Below, piece by piece: positions 10,872 to 20,473 of a stretch of 64,000 nt of DNA (its first letter is position 1; each line of letters opens with the position of its first letter). Source of the DNA: Gemmatimonadaceae bacterium (lineage in GTDB: Bacteria; Gemmatimonadota; Gemmatimonadetes; Gemmatimonadales; Gemmatimonadaceae); assembly GCA_033763905.1 (NCBI GenBank), contig JANRJP010000096.1, positions 1-64,000 of the forward strand. The letters run 5' to 3'. The notes under the pieces are model-generated. The model was not told the DNA's origin. It worked only from the letters and a program-made list of their open reading frames with translations, and did not search any database. The position numbers were made by a program, and so were the translations under genes.

Positions 10872-10899
10872 CAGCACACCGGGTGAAAGACGATTTGAC

Positions 10900-13854
10900 T
10901 CAGAACGCAAACGCCGCGACAAACTCGACCTGCCCACCACGTGCACCGCCGGCCGACGGATCCAACCGCCACGCGTAGCGGAGCCCGAGCGGGATATCCA
11001 CCGGCAGATACCACCACCGCGTATCGGCCCACAACTCGGCGCCAATCGACCGGAACGGGACGACGGTATCGAACGGCTGCGCCGTTGCGGGCGTTGATCC
11101 CACGAATTGCCGCCGCACGGCGCGATAATCATCCGCGAACACCGCACCGCGCACTCGACGGACCTGCAACGTCTGCACGAGCGTCAGGTCGGGATACCAC
11201 AGCGGAAACACGTAGTCCACGGCGACGCGCGAGGCGACCGCCGCACTCACCGACGGATACCCGCGCGCAAACGGGAGGAGCGACGAAAACCGGTACGGCG
11301 CGGCCTCGGTCAGTGAGGACCGCCGAGCCTGCAACTCGCCGGCAAGATCCACCAGCAGGCCGTGATGCCGTATCACACCGGGCGCGAAGAGCCGCGTACG
11401 GGCCATCCACTGCCGCCCGCGAAACGTTCCACCCAAGGGCGTCTCGCGAAGCACCAGCGTCAGGTACTGCCCCCACACGGGCTGCAGATCGCGAATCCAG
11501 CCGTAGCCGCGACCGGCCGAGAGTGCGAGCGTCACCGGACGCACCGAGCCCTCGTCGCTGGTGAACACGCTCGGCAGCGTGCTGTTGCTGACCCGCGTCT
11601 CGCGCACCGAGGCCTGCAGCGTCACGAAGGTGTTGTACAGATCACGCGTCAACCGGAGCGGGAGCCGCACGCCGAGTCCCGCCGACGTTTCGCGCCAGCG
11701 CCACGTACCGCCGAGCAGCGTGTCGCCGGAGGTCAACAGCACGCTGGGGTAGTCGTCGCGACGCACCGACACCCGGGCGTCCGCATCCACCAGCCAATAG
11801 CCGCCGCCCCAACTGACCTGCACGTCGGCCGAGGGCGCCGACTCGTTGAAGTCGTAGCCGACGCCCACCGAACTGCCGAGGGTGCCCAGCACATCCTGCG
11901 ACAGCAGTCGCACCGACGCCGATGGGCCTAGGGGCGGCACCAGCACCGCCCAGCCGTAGGGATTGAACAACTGGCGCGATGGCCGATACGGCGCATCGGG
12001 CAGCGGCTGTGCGGTGGACAGACTGTCAGCGCGCGCCAAGAGGTTGTCGGCGCGCTCCTGCGCCACGAGCGCCTGCACGTCGGCGGCCGTCGACGACGAG
12101 TCCGCGAGCGGCGTCCACGAGCCACGATCCAGCCGCATCAGCGCGGCGCGGCGCCCGCGCCCGGTCTGGTCGTTGAAGGCGATCGCCTCGCCCGATGGCG
12201 ACAGCACTGGCGTCGTCGCACCGACCGGGCGGCGCGTCACCTGCCACCAGCGCGATTCGCCGATCCGACGCGCGACCACCTGATCGCGGCCGTTCACCGG
12301 CAACGTCGCGAATAGCAGCGTGTCGTTGCCGCTCGGCGCGTGCAGCGCCTCGTGGGTGAAATCCGTGAGCGGTTCGCAGGACGTGTCGCCAAAGGGAACG
12401 CGACAGCGCTCGATCCGACGCCCGGCCCCGCGACGCACACGGACGATGAACAGCGACCGCCCGTCCACCGCATAGCGCGGCGTCACCAGGGCATCGCCCA
12501 CGGGCGCCGACACGCGGGACTGGACCACACCGGCGGTGTCCAACTCCACGAGATCCATTGTGCGATCAAGCCGTTGCTCCACGACCACGAGGCGCGGCGC
12601 ATCTGGCGCCGCCGCCACCGCCACCCAGCGCGTGGTGTCACCGAGCTGCGTGGTGGTCCCGCGACGAAGGTCGCGTCGCATCACGACCGTGTACGAGCGA
12701 TTGCCCCAGCGCGGGTCGAATCGCTGCTCGATCCAGTGGACCGCGCCGCCACCGACACTGTGCGGGACACCCCACGAGATCGGGCCCGGTGACTGCAGCA
12801 CCTCGCGCGTGGTGCCGGTGGGCGTCAACCGCACCAGCGTCGGGAGCACGTCGAGCCCAGACTGCATTACGACCACGCCCGAATCCCCATCCCATTGTGG
12901 GAAGTCGTCATCGGTCCAGACGGCAGGCGTCCTGCCGATCACCGTCGCCGGACTCAGCGGCGCTGCGGCGGCGCCCTGCCGCACCCGCTGCTGCATTTCC
13001 GACAGCGTCGCCCGGTGCCATCCGGTAATGCCTCGTCCCGTCTGCCGCGACAACGCGGACGACAGCGCCCACGGCAGGAACGATCGGCGCGTGCCGGCGG
13101 CCATCGCATCGGCCCACACGCGAGGCCCTTGCGACTCTCGGACTTCGCGCACGACGTGGAAGCCGTACTGGTACTGATCGGGGATGAATGCCCCGAATGA
13201 CCGGTGCACCGTCGTCCAGTAGGACGGCAGCTCACCCTCGAGCAGCACGCCACGCAGCTCGGCGTCGAAGCTCGGCATCCGCCCCCGCCCACTCTGCGTG
13301 AGCGCGGTCTCGGTTGCCACCGCATCCCCTTCGAGCAGCCACGACGGCGTCGTCCAGCCGAGAAACGCCGCCTGCGCGGGCTCGCCGAACCAGCGGGAGA
13401 AGAATCGCGTGACGCCACGATCGAGGTGATCGAACTGCTTGACGTGGCGGTACTCGTGAATGGCCAGCAGGTCGAGCCAGTCATTCGCGCCAAGCAGGCC
13501 GTCGCCCTGCGGCGCCGTGAAGAACCATTCGCTCCGTCGCGGCATCAGCGTCACGAAGCCGTTCGCCGTAGCGCTTCGCCCTTGCAGCACCACCGTCACC
13601 CGCCGCGGCGCGCCGCCGAGCGACGTGGTGTCGGACGCGCCGAGGACGTCGATCAACGTCGCCAGACGCCGCGCATCGCGGACGAGCTCCGCCGGCGCGA
13701 CGACGCGGACGCGAATCCCCTCGACGACGCGCCAGGCAACCTCGGGGGGATTCTGTTCGGTACCCACCGACACCTGCGCGGCCAGCGGCCGACCCACGCC
13801 GGCGCAGACCAGGCCCCACACCATCATCGCGGACCGCCGAATCAGCCGAGACAT
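10900..13854 (-). CDS. Outer-membrane protein: HExxH zincin-like domain, TolB-like propeller, C-terminal beta-barrel
   Basis: Start reassigned to ATG 13854. Signal peptide, LAIHEYRH followed by PSWLLEGDA, propeller-like middle, amphipathic strands ending in F (VEFVAAFAF). Confidence 0.7.
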   Translation of the reverse strand: MSRLIRRSAMMVWGLVCAGVGRPLAAQVSVGTEQNPPEVAWRVVEGIRVRVVAPAELVRDARRLATLIDVLGASDTTSLGGAPRRVTVVLQGRSATANGFVTLMPRRSEWFFTAPQGDGLLGANDWLDLLAIHEYRHVKQFDHLDRGVTRFFSRWFGEPAQAAFLGWTTPSWLLEGDAVATETALTQSGRGRMPSFDAELRGVLLEGELPSYWTTVHRSFGAFIPDQYQYGFHVVREVRESQGPRVWADAMAAGTRRSFLPWALSSALSRQTGRGITGWHRATLSEMQQRVRQGAAAAPLSPATVIGRTPAVWTDDDFPQWDGDSGVVVMQSGLDVLPTLVRLTPTGTTREVLQSPGPISWGVPHSVGGGAVHWIEQRFDPRWGNRSYTVVMRRDLRRGTTTQLGDTTRWVAVAAAPDAPRLVVVEQRLDRTMDLVELDTAGVVQSRVSAPVGDALVTPRYAVDGRSLFIVRVRRGAGRRIERCRVPFGDTSCEPLTDFTHEALHAPSGNDTLLFATLPVNGRDQVVARRIGESRWWQVTRRPVGATTPVLSPSGEAIAFNDQTGRGRRAALMRLDRGSWTPLADSSSTAADVQALVAQERADNLLARADSLSTAQPLPDAPYRPSRQLFNPYGWAVLVPPLGPSASVRLLSQDVLGTLGSSVGVGYDFNESAPSADVQVSWGGGYWLVDADARVSVRRDDYPSVLLTSGDTLLGGTWRWRETSAGLGVRLPLRLTRDLYNTFVTLQASVRETRVSNSTLPSVFTSDEGSVRPVTLALSAGRGYGWIRDLQPVWGQYLTLVLRETPLGGTFRGRQWMARTRLFAPGVIRHHGLLVDLAGELQARRSSLTEAAPYRFSSLLPFARGYPSVSAAVASRVAVDYVFPLWYPDLTLVQTLQVRRVRGAVFADDYRAVRRQFVGSTPATAQPFDTVVPFRSIGAELWADTRWWYLPVDIPLGLRYAWRLDPSAGGARGGQVEFVAAFAF

Positions 13855-13893
13855 AGCGCAAAAGCTAGCGCCCCCGGCGGCTAGATTTCCAAG

Positions 13894-14766
13894 ATGCACG
13901 CTTCCCTCCCGCTCGCCGGTCGGACCATCGTGGTCACCGGAGCCACCGACGGCATCGGGCGCATCACCGCCGAACGCTTGGCGCAGCGCGGCGCCCAGCT
14001 GGTGCTGGTCGGCCGCAACCCGGGACGGCTCGACACCGCGCGCCGCGACATCGCGGCCGTCGCCGCTGGCGCCCCGGCCCCGCTCACGTTCTGCGGCGAC
14101 CTCAGCGTGCAAGCCGATATCCGTCGCGTCGCCGCCGAGATTCGCGCGGCCCTACCGGCGATCGACGTGCTGGTGAACAACGCCGGCGCCCTCTTCGCCG
14201 AGCGCGCCGAGACGGTCGACGGCATCGAGCGGACCTTCGCGCTGAACCATCTCGGCTACTTTCTGTTCACTGCCGAGTTGCTGCCCGCCATCAAGGCTGG
14301 GCGTTCCCCGCGGATCGTCAACGTCGCCAGTGACGCGCATCGCTCCGCGCGTCTGGTGCTCGACGACCTGCAGCACACGCGACGCGGCTGGAGCGGGTGG
14401 CGGGCCTACTGCGAGTCAAAGCTGGCAAACATCGCGTTCACGTACGCGCTCGCGCGCCGCCTCACCGGCAGCGGCGTCACCGTCAACGCCCTGCACCCGG
14501 GCTTCGTGGCATCGAGCTTCGGGTCCAGCAATGGATGGATCAGCGTCGCTCTGCGCTTCTTTATGACCTTCGCGGCGATCAACGTCGAGCAGGGTGCAGC
14601 GACGTCGATCTTCCTCGCGAGCGATCCGAGCGTGAATGGCGCGTCCGGCGGATACTACGGCAAGTGCCGGCTGAAAGCGTCGAACGACGCATCACGCGTT
14701 GTGGCGGACCAGGAAGCCCTCTGGGCCGCATCCGAAGCGCTGGTCGGCCGCCGGTTTGACGGCTAG
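13894..14766 (+). CDS. Short-chain dehydrogenase/reductase (retinol-dehydrogenase-like)
   Basis: TGATDGIG, NNAG, NHLGYF, catalytic YCESK, LHPGFV. Confidence 0.95.
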   Translation: MHASLPLAGRTIVVTGATDGIGRITAERLAQRGAQLVLVGRNPGRLDTARRDIAAVAAGAPAPLTFCGDLSVQADIRRVAAEIRAALPAIDVLVNNAGALFAERAETVDGIERTFALNHLGYFLFTAELLPAIKAGRSPRIVNVASDAHRSARLVLDDLQHTRRGWSGWRAYCESKLANIAFTYALARRLTGSGVTVNALHPGFVASSFGSSNGWISVALRFFMTFAAINVEQGAATSIFLASDPSVNGASGGYYGKCRLKASNDASRVVADQEALWAASEALVGRRFDG

Positions 14767-15773
14767 TCCGTCACGCGCGCGAGAATGACGGCGGTCCGGT
14801 CGTCGTTCTCGCCGCGACGCTCGAAGCCCAGCCATTGGGCCAGCGCCGGACCGGCATCGGCGTTGCCGAGGACGGGACCGCGGAAACGTTGCACCACGTG
14901 CGGGATCTCGACCGGATCGCCGCGTCGCCACTGGGCGAAGATCGCGGCCGCCGTCTCTTCGATCGGATGCATCGGATCATCGACACCGTCGGTGAGCAGG
15001 GCGATCGCGTCGAGATCTGCCGCGTCGGTGACGCGAATATGGGACGCGCGCTCGGGCGCCTGCGGATCCGGCACGAACGTGCGCACCTCCCCCGCAAAGT
15101 CGCCGCTGTCCGCCGCCCCGAGTCGCACCGTACTGCCGTCCCGCCGATGCGCGAGGATGGCGCCATCGCCTACCTGCGCGGTCACGACGATGGTCTCGGT
15201 CTCGGAGGTATAGCAGGCCGCCACGAGCAAGGTGCAGCGGAACTCCGACGGCGATCGTTGCGTCGCGGCGGCCAAATCGTGCAACAGGCGGCACGTCTCC
15301 CACACCGACAGGCCGATGGCGTGACCGACCGCGTGGGTCAGCTCTTCACGGTGCCGCTCGCGCAGGTATGCCCGCTCCGGGGCTAGCTTGGCCACCACGC
15401 GGCTCGCGGTCTCGCGACAGGTGAGCTCGGCACCGACGCGGCTGAGCGCGCTCGATCCGGCGCCATCGGCGGCGCAGAGCACGACAAGACCATCCTCGCG
15501 GCGCACCGCGAACGCATCCTCGCGGTGATCACCGCGATGGGCGTGCGAACGCCCGCGCACCGATGCCGCGACCGCACGCCAGCCCGCAGCGACATCATCA
15601 GCAAAGAGATGCACGTCGGCGGTCCCGACGTCGGCAAGCCACGAGGGACCCGCCGCCACGACGTCGGCGGGGCACCACGGGTCGGAGGCCGCCACCTGCT
15701 GCCACGTCGCGGCCACCACAGGTTCGTCGTCGGCCGCTGGCTGGGCGGGGAGAGAGGCGAGTTCGTCGGTCAC
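14763..15773 (-). CDS. PP2C-family protein phosphatase (TerY-associated/PP2C_2 type)
   Basis: SVRGRSH...REDAF, CAADGAGSS, QVGDG, LLTDGVDD, NDDRT. The GTG at 15773 overlaps the glycosyltransferase stop (GTGA), so it is preferred over 15803. Confidence 0.85.
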   Translation of the reverse strand: MTDELASLPAQPAADDEPVVAATWQQVAASDPWCPADVVAAGPSWLADVGTADVHLFADDVAAGWRAVAASVRGRSHAHRGDHREDAFAVRREDGLVVLCAADGAGSSALSRVGAELTCRETASRVVAKLAPERAYLRERHREELTHAVGHAIGLSVWETCRLLHDLAAATQRSPSEFRCTLLVAACYTSETETIVVTAQVGDGAILAHRRDGSTVRLGAADSGDFAGEVRTFVPDPQAPERASHIRVTDAADLDAIALLTDGVDDPMHPIEETAAAIFAQWRRGDPVEIPHVVQRFRGPVLGNADAGPALAQWLGFERRGENDDRTAVILARVTD

Positions 15774-17377
15774 GTGCGTGGCCAAAGCTTGAGCAGCACC
15801 CACGGTTCCGTCGTTCGCGGCCGAGTCGCTGGGTTCAGGAAGCGTCCGTTCATCCGCGAGACGCCGAACTTGTCGAAGCGGGCCACGGGCTCGGCGCGAC
15901 CCGCGAGCGCCACCACGGCGGCTTCGTCAGCGCTCCGCGCAAAGACCCACAGCGGCCCGCCGTCTGCCGTAAGCCACGGCGCCAGCTCAGGGGCGGTCGG
16001 CACGTTGGGCACGATCCGCCGCGCCGCAAAATCCAAGGAGGGCAAGTGCACGTTCAGGGCCACGAAGCGACCCTCCGGGACCCCAGCCTCGCGGATGCGC
16101 GCCCCGGCGGCGGTTTCGACCTGATACGAAAAGATCTTCGGTGCGGCGAGGCTGTTGACCGCGAGCATCCCGGCAGCCATCAACCCCGCCGTCAGGAAGA
16201 CGTGCCGCCACGCGGGTTCCGCGACGCGGTGCACCTGAATGAGGAGCAGCGCCACGCCGGCCAACATCGCCCAGCCCCACCACGGCACGCCGCCGAACGC
16301 TGCCGCCCGCAGGCCGACCGCCACCAGCACCACCAGCAGACCGAGCGCGGGCAAGCCCACGCGCCAGCCGCGGGCAATGGCGGCGCCGACATCCCGCAGT
16401 TGCCGCGCCGCCAGTACCGCCGCGAAGGGCAAGGCCACGTAGATGTAATGCGGCAACTTGTAGCGCGACGACGAGATCGCCGCGACGAGCAGGAGAAATC
16501 CCCCCACCGCCAGCGCCTCGTCCCGCCACATCGCGTTGCGCGGCGCGCGGAGCATTCGGCCGAGGCGCCACAACACCACCGGCGCCCACGGGAGGAACGT
16601 CCACAGGAAGGTGTGCGTGAAGTAGAGCGGCGAGGTGTCGTTCTTCCACTCGCTCGCCCCAGTCACTCGGCCGAAGCTCTGCGTCCAGAAGAAGAACTCC
16701 AGACCGCGACTCCCGAACTCTCGCCACAGACCGAGCAGCATCGGACTCAACACCAGCAGGATCACCACCGGCACCAGGAGTACCGACGGCGTCCACAGGA
16801 CGCGCCACCGCCGATGCACCAGGACGTCGACACCGACGGCGACACCGGGTGCGACGAGGCCGATCGGTCCCTTCGCGAGCATCGCGATGCCCGCAGCAAG
16901 CGCCCCCAGCACGAGGTGCCGCAAGACCGGCCGCCGTACCCACTCGGCCCACTGCCACGTGGCCACCGCCACGCCGGCCATCAGCAAAGTGTCGGTGCGA
17001 GGGTCCGAGACCATCAGCATCGCGGCAATCGACGACGCGAGTGTCCAGCGGGCCAACCGCGCGGTTTCGTCGTCGCCGCTGACCACCGCGGCCAGTCGGC
17101 CCGTCCCCCAGATGGCCACCGCGAGCGCCAGCAGTGACGGCAGTTTGTACGCCCAATCGGAGACGCCGAATACCGCGTACGACGCTGCGGCCGTCCAGAA
17201 GACCAGCGGCGGCTTGTCGAGATACGGGACGCCGCGCTCGTACACTTCCAGCCACTCGCCGCGCTGCAGCATCTCCATCGCGATCGCCGCGTACTGCGCG
17301 GCGTCGTAGTCCATCGCAGGGGTGGAGAGGCCGAGCGCGAGGCCCAGGGCGAGCAGTGCAGCGACGAGGAATGCCAT
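15770..17377 (-). CDS. ArnT/PMT-like (GT-C) polytopic glycosyltransferase
   Basis: DAAQYAAIAMEM, YLDKPPLVFW, AKGPIG, YKLPHYI, about 12 TM segments. ATG 17377 preferred as start. Confidence 0.9.
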   Translation of the reverse strand: MAFLVAALLALGLALGLSTPAMDYDAAQYAAIAMEMLQRGEWLEVYERGVPYLDKPPLVFWTAAASYAVFGVSDWAYKLPSLLALAVAIWGTGRLAAVVSGDDETARLARWTLASSIAAMLMVSDPRTDTLLMAGVAVATWQWAEWVRRPVLRHLVLGALAAGIAMLAKGPIGLVAPGVAVGVDVLVHRRWRVLWTPSVLLVPVVILLVLSPMLLGLWREFGSRGLEFFFWTQSFGRVTGASEWKNDTSPLYFTHTFLWTFLPWAPVVLWRLGRMLRAPRNAMWRDEALAVGGFLLLVAAISSSRYKLPHYIYVALPFAAVLAARQLRDVGAAIARGWRVGLPALGLLVVLVAVGLRAAAFGGVPWWGWAMLAGVALLLIQVHRVAEPAWRHVFLTAGLMAAGMLAVNSLAAPKIFSYQVETAAGARIREAGVPEGRFVALNVHLPSLDFAARRIVPNVPTAPELAPWLTADGGPLWVFARSADEAAVVALAGRAEPVARFDKFGVSRMNGRFLNPATRPRTTEPWVLLKLWPRT

Positions 17378-17415
17378 TGCCGCGAAATCTAGCGGTGATC
17401 GGGTATCTTCCCGTG

Positions 17416-18705
17416 GTGAGCACCGGACAGTTTCCCCTGCCGACGGGCCAGTTCCCCGTACCCGAGTACGCCCCACCCAGCGGCGAAGGGACGGCAGATC
17501 CGGGCGCCGTCGGTTTCGTGTTGCGGCTCGGCAAGGCGCTGCACCAGAACGGCTACCCCGCGCACCAACTCGAGCAGGCGCTCGCGTTGGTCGCCCGACG
17601 GCTCGGGCTGACCGCCCAATTCTTCTCGACGCCGACGTCGATCTTTGCCGGATTCGGGACTCCGGATCGGCAGCAGACGACGATGACCCGCGTCGAACCC
17701 GGCGACGTGAATCTGGCGCGACTCTCTCGGCTCGATCAGGTGATGCGCGACGTGCTCGACGGCCGGGCCACCGCGCTCCAGGGGAGCGCGCGGGTCGAGC
17801 ACCTGCAAGTCGCGCCGGGGCCGTACCCGCGCGCCCTTACCGTGGCCGCCTTCGGCCTCGCGTCCGGTGCCGTCGCCGTGCTCCTCGGCGGCGGCTGGCG
17901 AGAGATTCTCACCGCGGCGCTGCTCGGCGTCGTCACCGGCCTGCTCGATGCCGTGGTGGCCCCGTTCCGACGTGCGCGCACGATTTTCGAACCGACGGCG
18001 GCGTTCGCCGTGGCCCTGCTGGCGGCGCTCGCCGGCGTGTGGCTTGGTGGATACGGCCAAGGCATCGCGACGCTCGCCGGACTGATCGTGCTGCTTCCCG
18101 GGCTGATGCTCACGACCGCGATGACCGAGCTGGCCACGCAACATCTGGCGTCGGGGACCGCGCGGCTGTCGGGGGCGCTCATCACCTTCCTCTCGATCGC
18201 CTTCGGCGTGGCGCTGGCATCGAAGGTGGCGCCGCTGCTGATGACGATTCCCGCCACCGCGGCAGCGTCGCCACTCCCGTCGTGGACGACGTATCCCGCG
18301 ATTGTCGTGGCCGCGCTGTCGTTCACGGTGCTACTGCGGGCCGAACCCGCTGATGCCGGCTGGATCGTCCTCGCCGGCGCGCTCAGCTACTTGAGCGCGC
18401 GTGCCGGCCGCGAGCGGCTCGGCCCCGAACTCGGTGCGTTCATCGGCGCGCTGGTGATTGGCGTGGCCAGCGACGTGTTCGCCCGCGTCTTCCGACGCCC
18501 GAGCGCGATCACGCAGGTGCCCGGCGTGCTGATCATCGTGCCCGGATCGGTCGGGTATCGCGGACTGATGTCGTTGCTCAACGACCAGGTGGTCGTGGGC
18601 ATCGAGACCGCCTTCCAGATGGCACTGATCGGTGTGTCGATCGTCGCGGGCCTGCTGATGAGCAACGTGCTGGTGCCGGGCGAATCGTTCGGCCGCGAGC
18701 GCTGA
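17416..18705 (+). CDS. ThrE-family threonine/serine exporter
   Basis: LGKALHQNGYPAHQLE, STPTSI, GDVNLARL, LLPGLMLTTAMTEL..SGTARL, IIVPGSVG. GTG 17416 lies 6 nt after TATCTT. Confidence 0.88.
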   Translation: MSTGQFPLPTGQFPVPEYAPPSGEGTADPGAVGFVLRLGKALHQNGYPAHQLEQALALVARRLGLTAQFFSTPTSIFAGFGTPDRQQTTMTRVEPGDVNLARLSRLDQVMRDVLDGRATALQGSARVEHLQVAPGPYPRALTVAAFGLASGAVAVLLGGGWREILTAALLGVVTGLLDAVVAPFRRARTIFEPTAAFAVALLAALAGVWLGGYGQGIATLAGLIVLLPGLMLTTAMTELATQHLASGTARLSGALITFLSIAFGVALASKVAPLLMTIPATAAASPLPSWTTYPAIVVAALSFTVLLRAEPADAGWIVLAGALSYLSARAGRERLGPELGAFIGALVIGVASDVFARVFRRPSAITQVPGVLIIVPGSVGYRGLMSLLNDQVVVGIETAFQMALIGVSIVAGLLMSNVLVPGESFGRER

Positions 18706-18721
18706 TCACCGAAGCGGGCGA

Positions 18722-19156
18722 CTACCCAGGCTGCTTGGTGACCATCGCCCACAGCGCCCAGAGCAACGGCGCCACCGCAAGCCAGCCCCACACGCGCCAG
18801 CGCTGGAGCGCGCGGCGGACCACCGCGGGATCGTCGGCCAGCATCGCCCGTTGGGCCGGTAGCAGCACCACCAGCCAGATCGCCGTGGAGACCCCGAGGC
18901 CAACCAGCCCGTGGCGGATCCAGGGCGTGGCCCACAGTGGCAGTCCCAATGCCCGCGCGCGCAGCACACCGAAGGTCGTCAGCAGGGCACTGCCGCCGAT
19001 CGTGAAGGCGATATCGGTCCACCAGATCGCGCGCGCGACCGACCGGAAGCGCGGCGCGCCGTCCCAACGCCAGAGCAACTCGGCCCACACGCCGGTGACG
19101 ATCACGTTGCCCAGCATCAGCACCACACCAAGTACGTGCAGAAAGCGCCAAGTCAT
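18722..19156 (-). CDS. DUF2269-like four-helix integral membrane protein
   Basis: C-terminal part of the track ORF, from ATG 19156: FLHVLGVVLMLGN, D..FT, PW, C-terminal WAMVTKQP. Confidence 0.75.
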   Translation of the reverse strand: MTWRFLHVLGVVLMLGNVIVTGVWAELLWRWDGAPRFRSVARAIWWTDIAFTIGGSALLTTFGVLRARALGLPLWATPWIRHGLVGLGVSTAIWLVVLLPAQRAMLADDPAVVRRALQRWRVWGWLAVAPLLWALWAMVTKQPG

Positions 19157-19180
19157 CGTCCCCGCAGTATGCTCTACGGT

Positions 19181-20473
19181 ATGACCGACTGGAACTCCCG
19201 CGCCGTTTCCGCTGACGACGTCGTTCGCCATATCCCGTCCGGCGCGCGCGTCTTTATCCACGGCGCTGCCGCCACGCCGACCCCCTTGCTCGAGGCGATG
19301 GTGCGTCGGGACGACCTGCACGATGTCACGTTGGGGCATCTGCACCTCGAAGGCCCCGCCCCGTTCGTCGAGCCGCCGCATTACCAGCGCTTCCGCTCGC
19401 AATCGTTTTTCGTCGGGGCGAACGTTCGGGCCGCCGTGCAAGACGGGCGCGCGGAGTACATCCCGGTCTTCCTGTCGGATGTCCCATCCCTGTTCAGCAG
19501 CCGCGACTGGCCGGTGGATGTCGCACTGATCCAGGTGTCGCCACCTGACCGGCACGGCAATTGTACGTTGGGTCCCTCCGTCGACGTCGCGCGGGCGGCC
19601 GTCGACGCGGCCCGCATCGTGCTCGCGGAAGTGAACGCTCAGATGCCGCGCACGCACGGCAACACGGTGGTGCACTGCTCGCGATTGACGGCATTCGTCA
19701 CCACGGACCGCCCGTTGCCCACACATCTCGGACGCGCCGCGACACCAGAGGACGCCGCCATTGGCGGCATCGTCGCCGATCTCGTGCCCGACGGGGCGAC
19801 ATTGCAGACCGGGATCGGCGCGATTCCCGATGCGGTACTGGACCGGCTCACCGGCAAGCAGGACCTGGGCGTGCACACCGAGATGTTCTCCGACGGCATC
19901 GTGCGGCTGGTCCGCTCGGGTGCCGTCACCAACGAGCGCAAAGGCGTGCATCGCGGCCGTATCGCCACGAGCTTCGTCAATGGTTCACAGGCCGTGTTCG
20001 ACTTCGTCCACGACAATCCGGCGGTGACGTTCTATGCGGCGAACCACGTCAACGATCCCGCGGTGATTCGGCAGAACGACGCCGTGATTGCGGTGAACTC
20101 GGCAATCGAAGTGGATCTGACCGGTCAGGTCTGCGCGGACTCCATTGGCGGCCGCATCTTCAGCGGCATCGGCGGCCAACTCGACTTCATGCGCGGCGCC
20201 GCACTGTCGAAGGGCGGCAAGCCGATCATCGCGCTGCCCGCCACGGCCAAGGGCGGTGCCCAATCGCGCATCGTCCCGCAGCTCAAGCCCGGCGCCGGCG
20301 TCGTCACCACGCGCGGGCACGTCCACTGGGTCGTGACCGAATTCGGCGCAGTGAATCTGCACGGCCTGAGCCTGCGGGAGCGCGCCGAACGGTTGATTGC
20401 GATCGCCCACCCGGACCACCGCGCCACGTTGCGTCAGGCGGCGGCGGCCGCCGCCGTCATTCCGGCACGCTAG
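19181..20473 (+). CDS. Acetyl-CoA hydrolase/4-hydroxybutyrate CoA-transferase family
   Basis: VSPPDRHG..LGPSVD, LQTGIGAIP, HTEMFSDG, EVDLTGQV, SGIGGQLDF, IAHPDHR. ATG 19181. Confidence 0.93.
   Translation: MTDWNSRAVSADDVVRHIPSGARVFIHGAAATPTPLLEAMVRRDDLHDVTLGHLHLEGPAPFVEPPHYQRFRSQSFFVGANVRAAVQDGRAEYIPVFLSDVPSLFSSRDWPVDVALIQVSPPDRHGNCTLGPSVDVARAAVDAARIVLAEVNAQMPRTHGNTVVHCSRLTAFVTTDRPLPTHLGRAATPEDAAIGGIVADLVPDGATLQTGIGAIPDAVLDRLTGKQDLGVHTEMFSDGIVRLVRSGAVTNERKGVHRGRIATSFVNGSQAVFDFVHDNPAVTFYAANHVNDPAVIRQNDAVIAVNSAIEVDLTGQVCADSIGGRIFSGIGGQLDFMRGAALSKGGKPIIALPATAKGGAQSRIVPQLKPGAGVVTTRGHVHWVVTEFGAVNLHGLSLRERAERLIAIAHPDHRATLRQAAAAAAVIPAR

Noticed and set aside
17422..17460. TGQFP-LP-TGQFP short duplication at the ThrE N-terminus
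   Set aside because: Only two imperfect copies in a disordered tail; no evidence of an array.
18911..19951. Long overlapping N-terminal extensions of the DUF2269-like and CoA-transferase ORFs
   Set aside because: Family-like sequence begins only at 19156(-) and 19181(+); the extensions are mutual antisense read-through.
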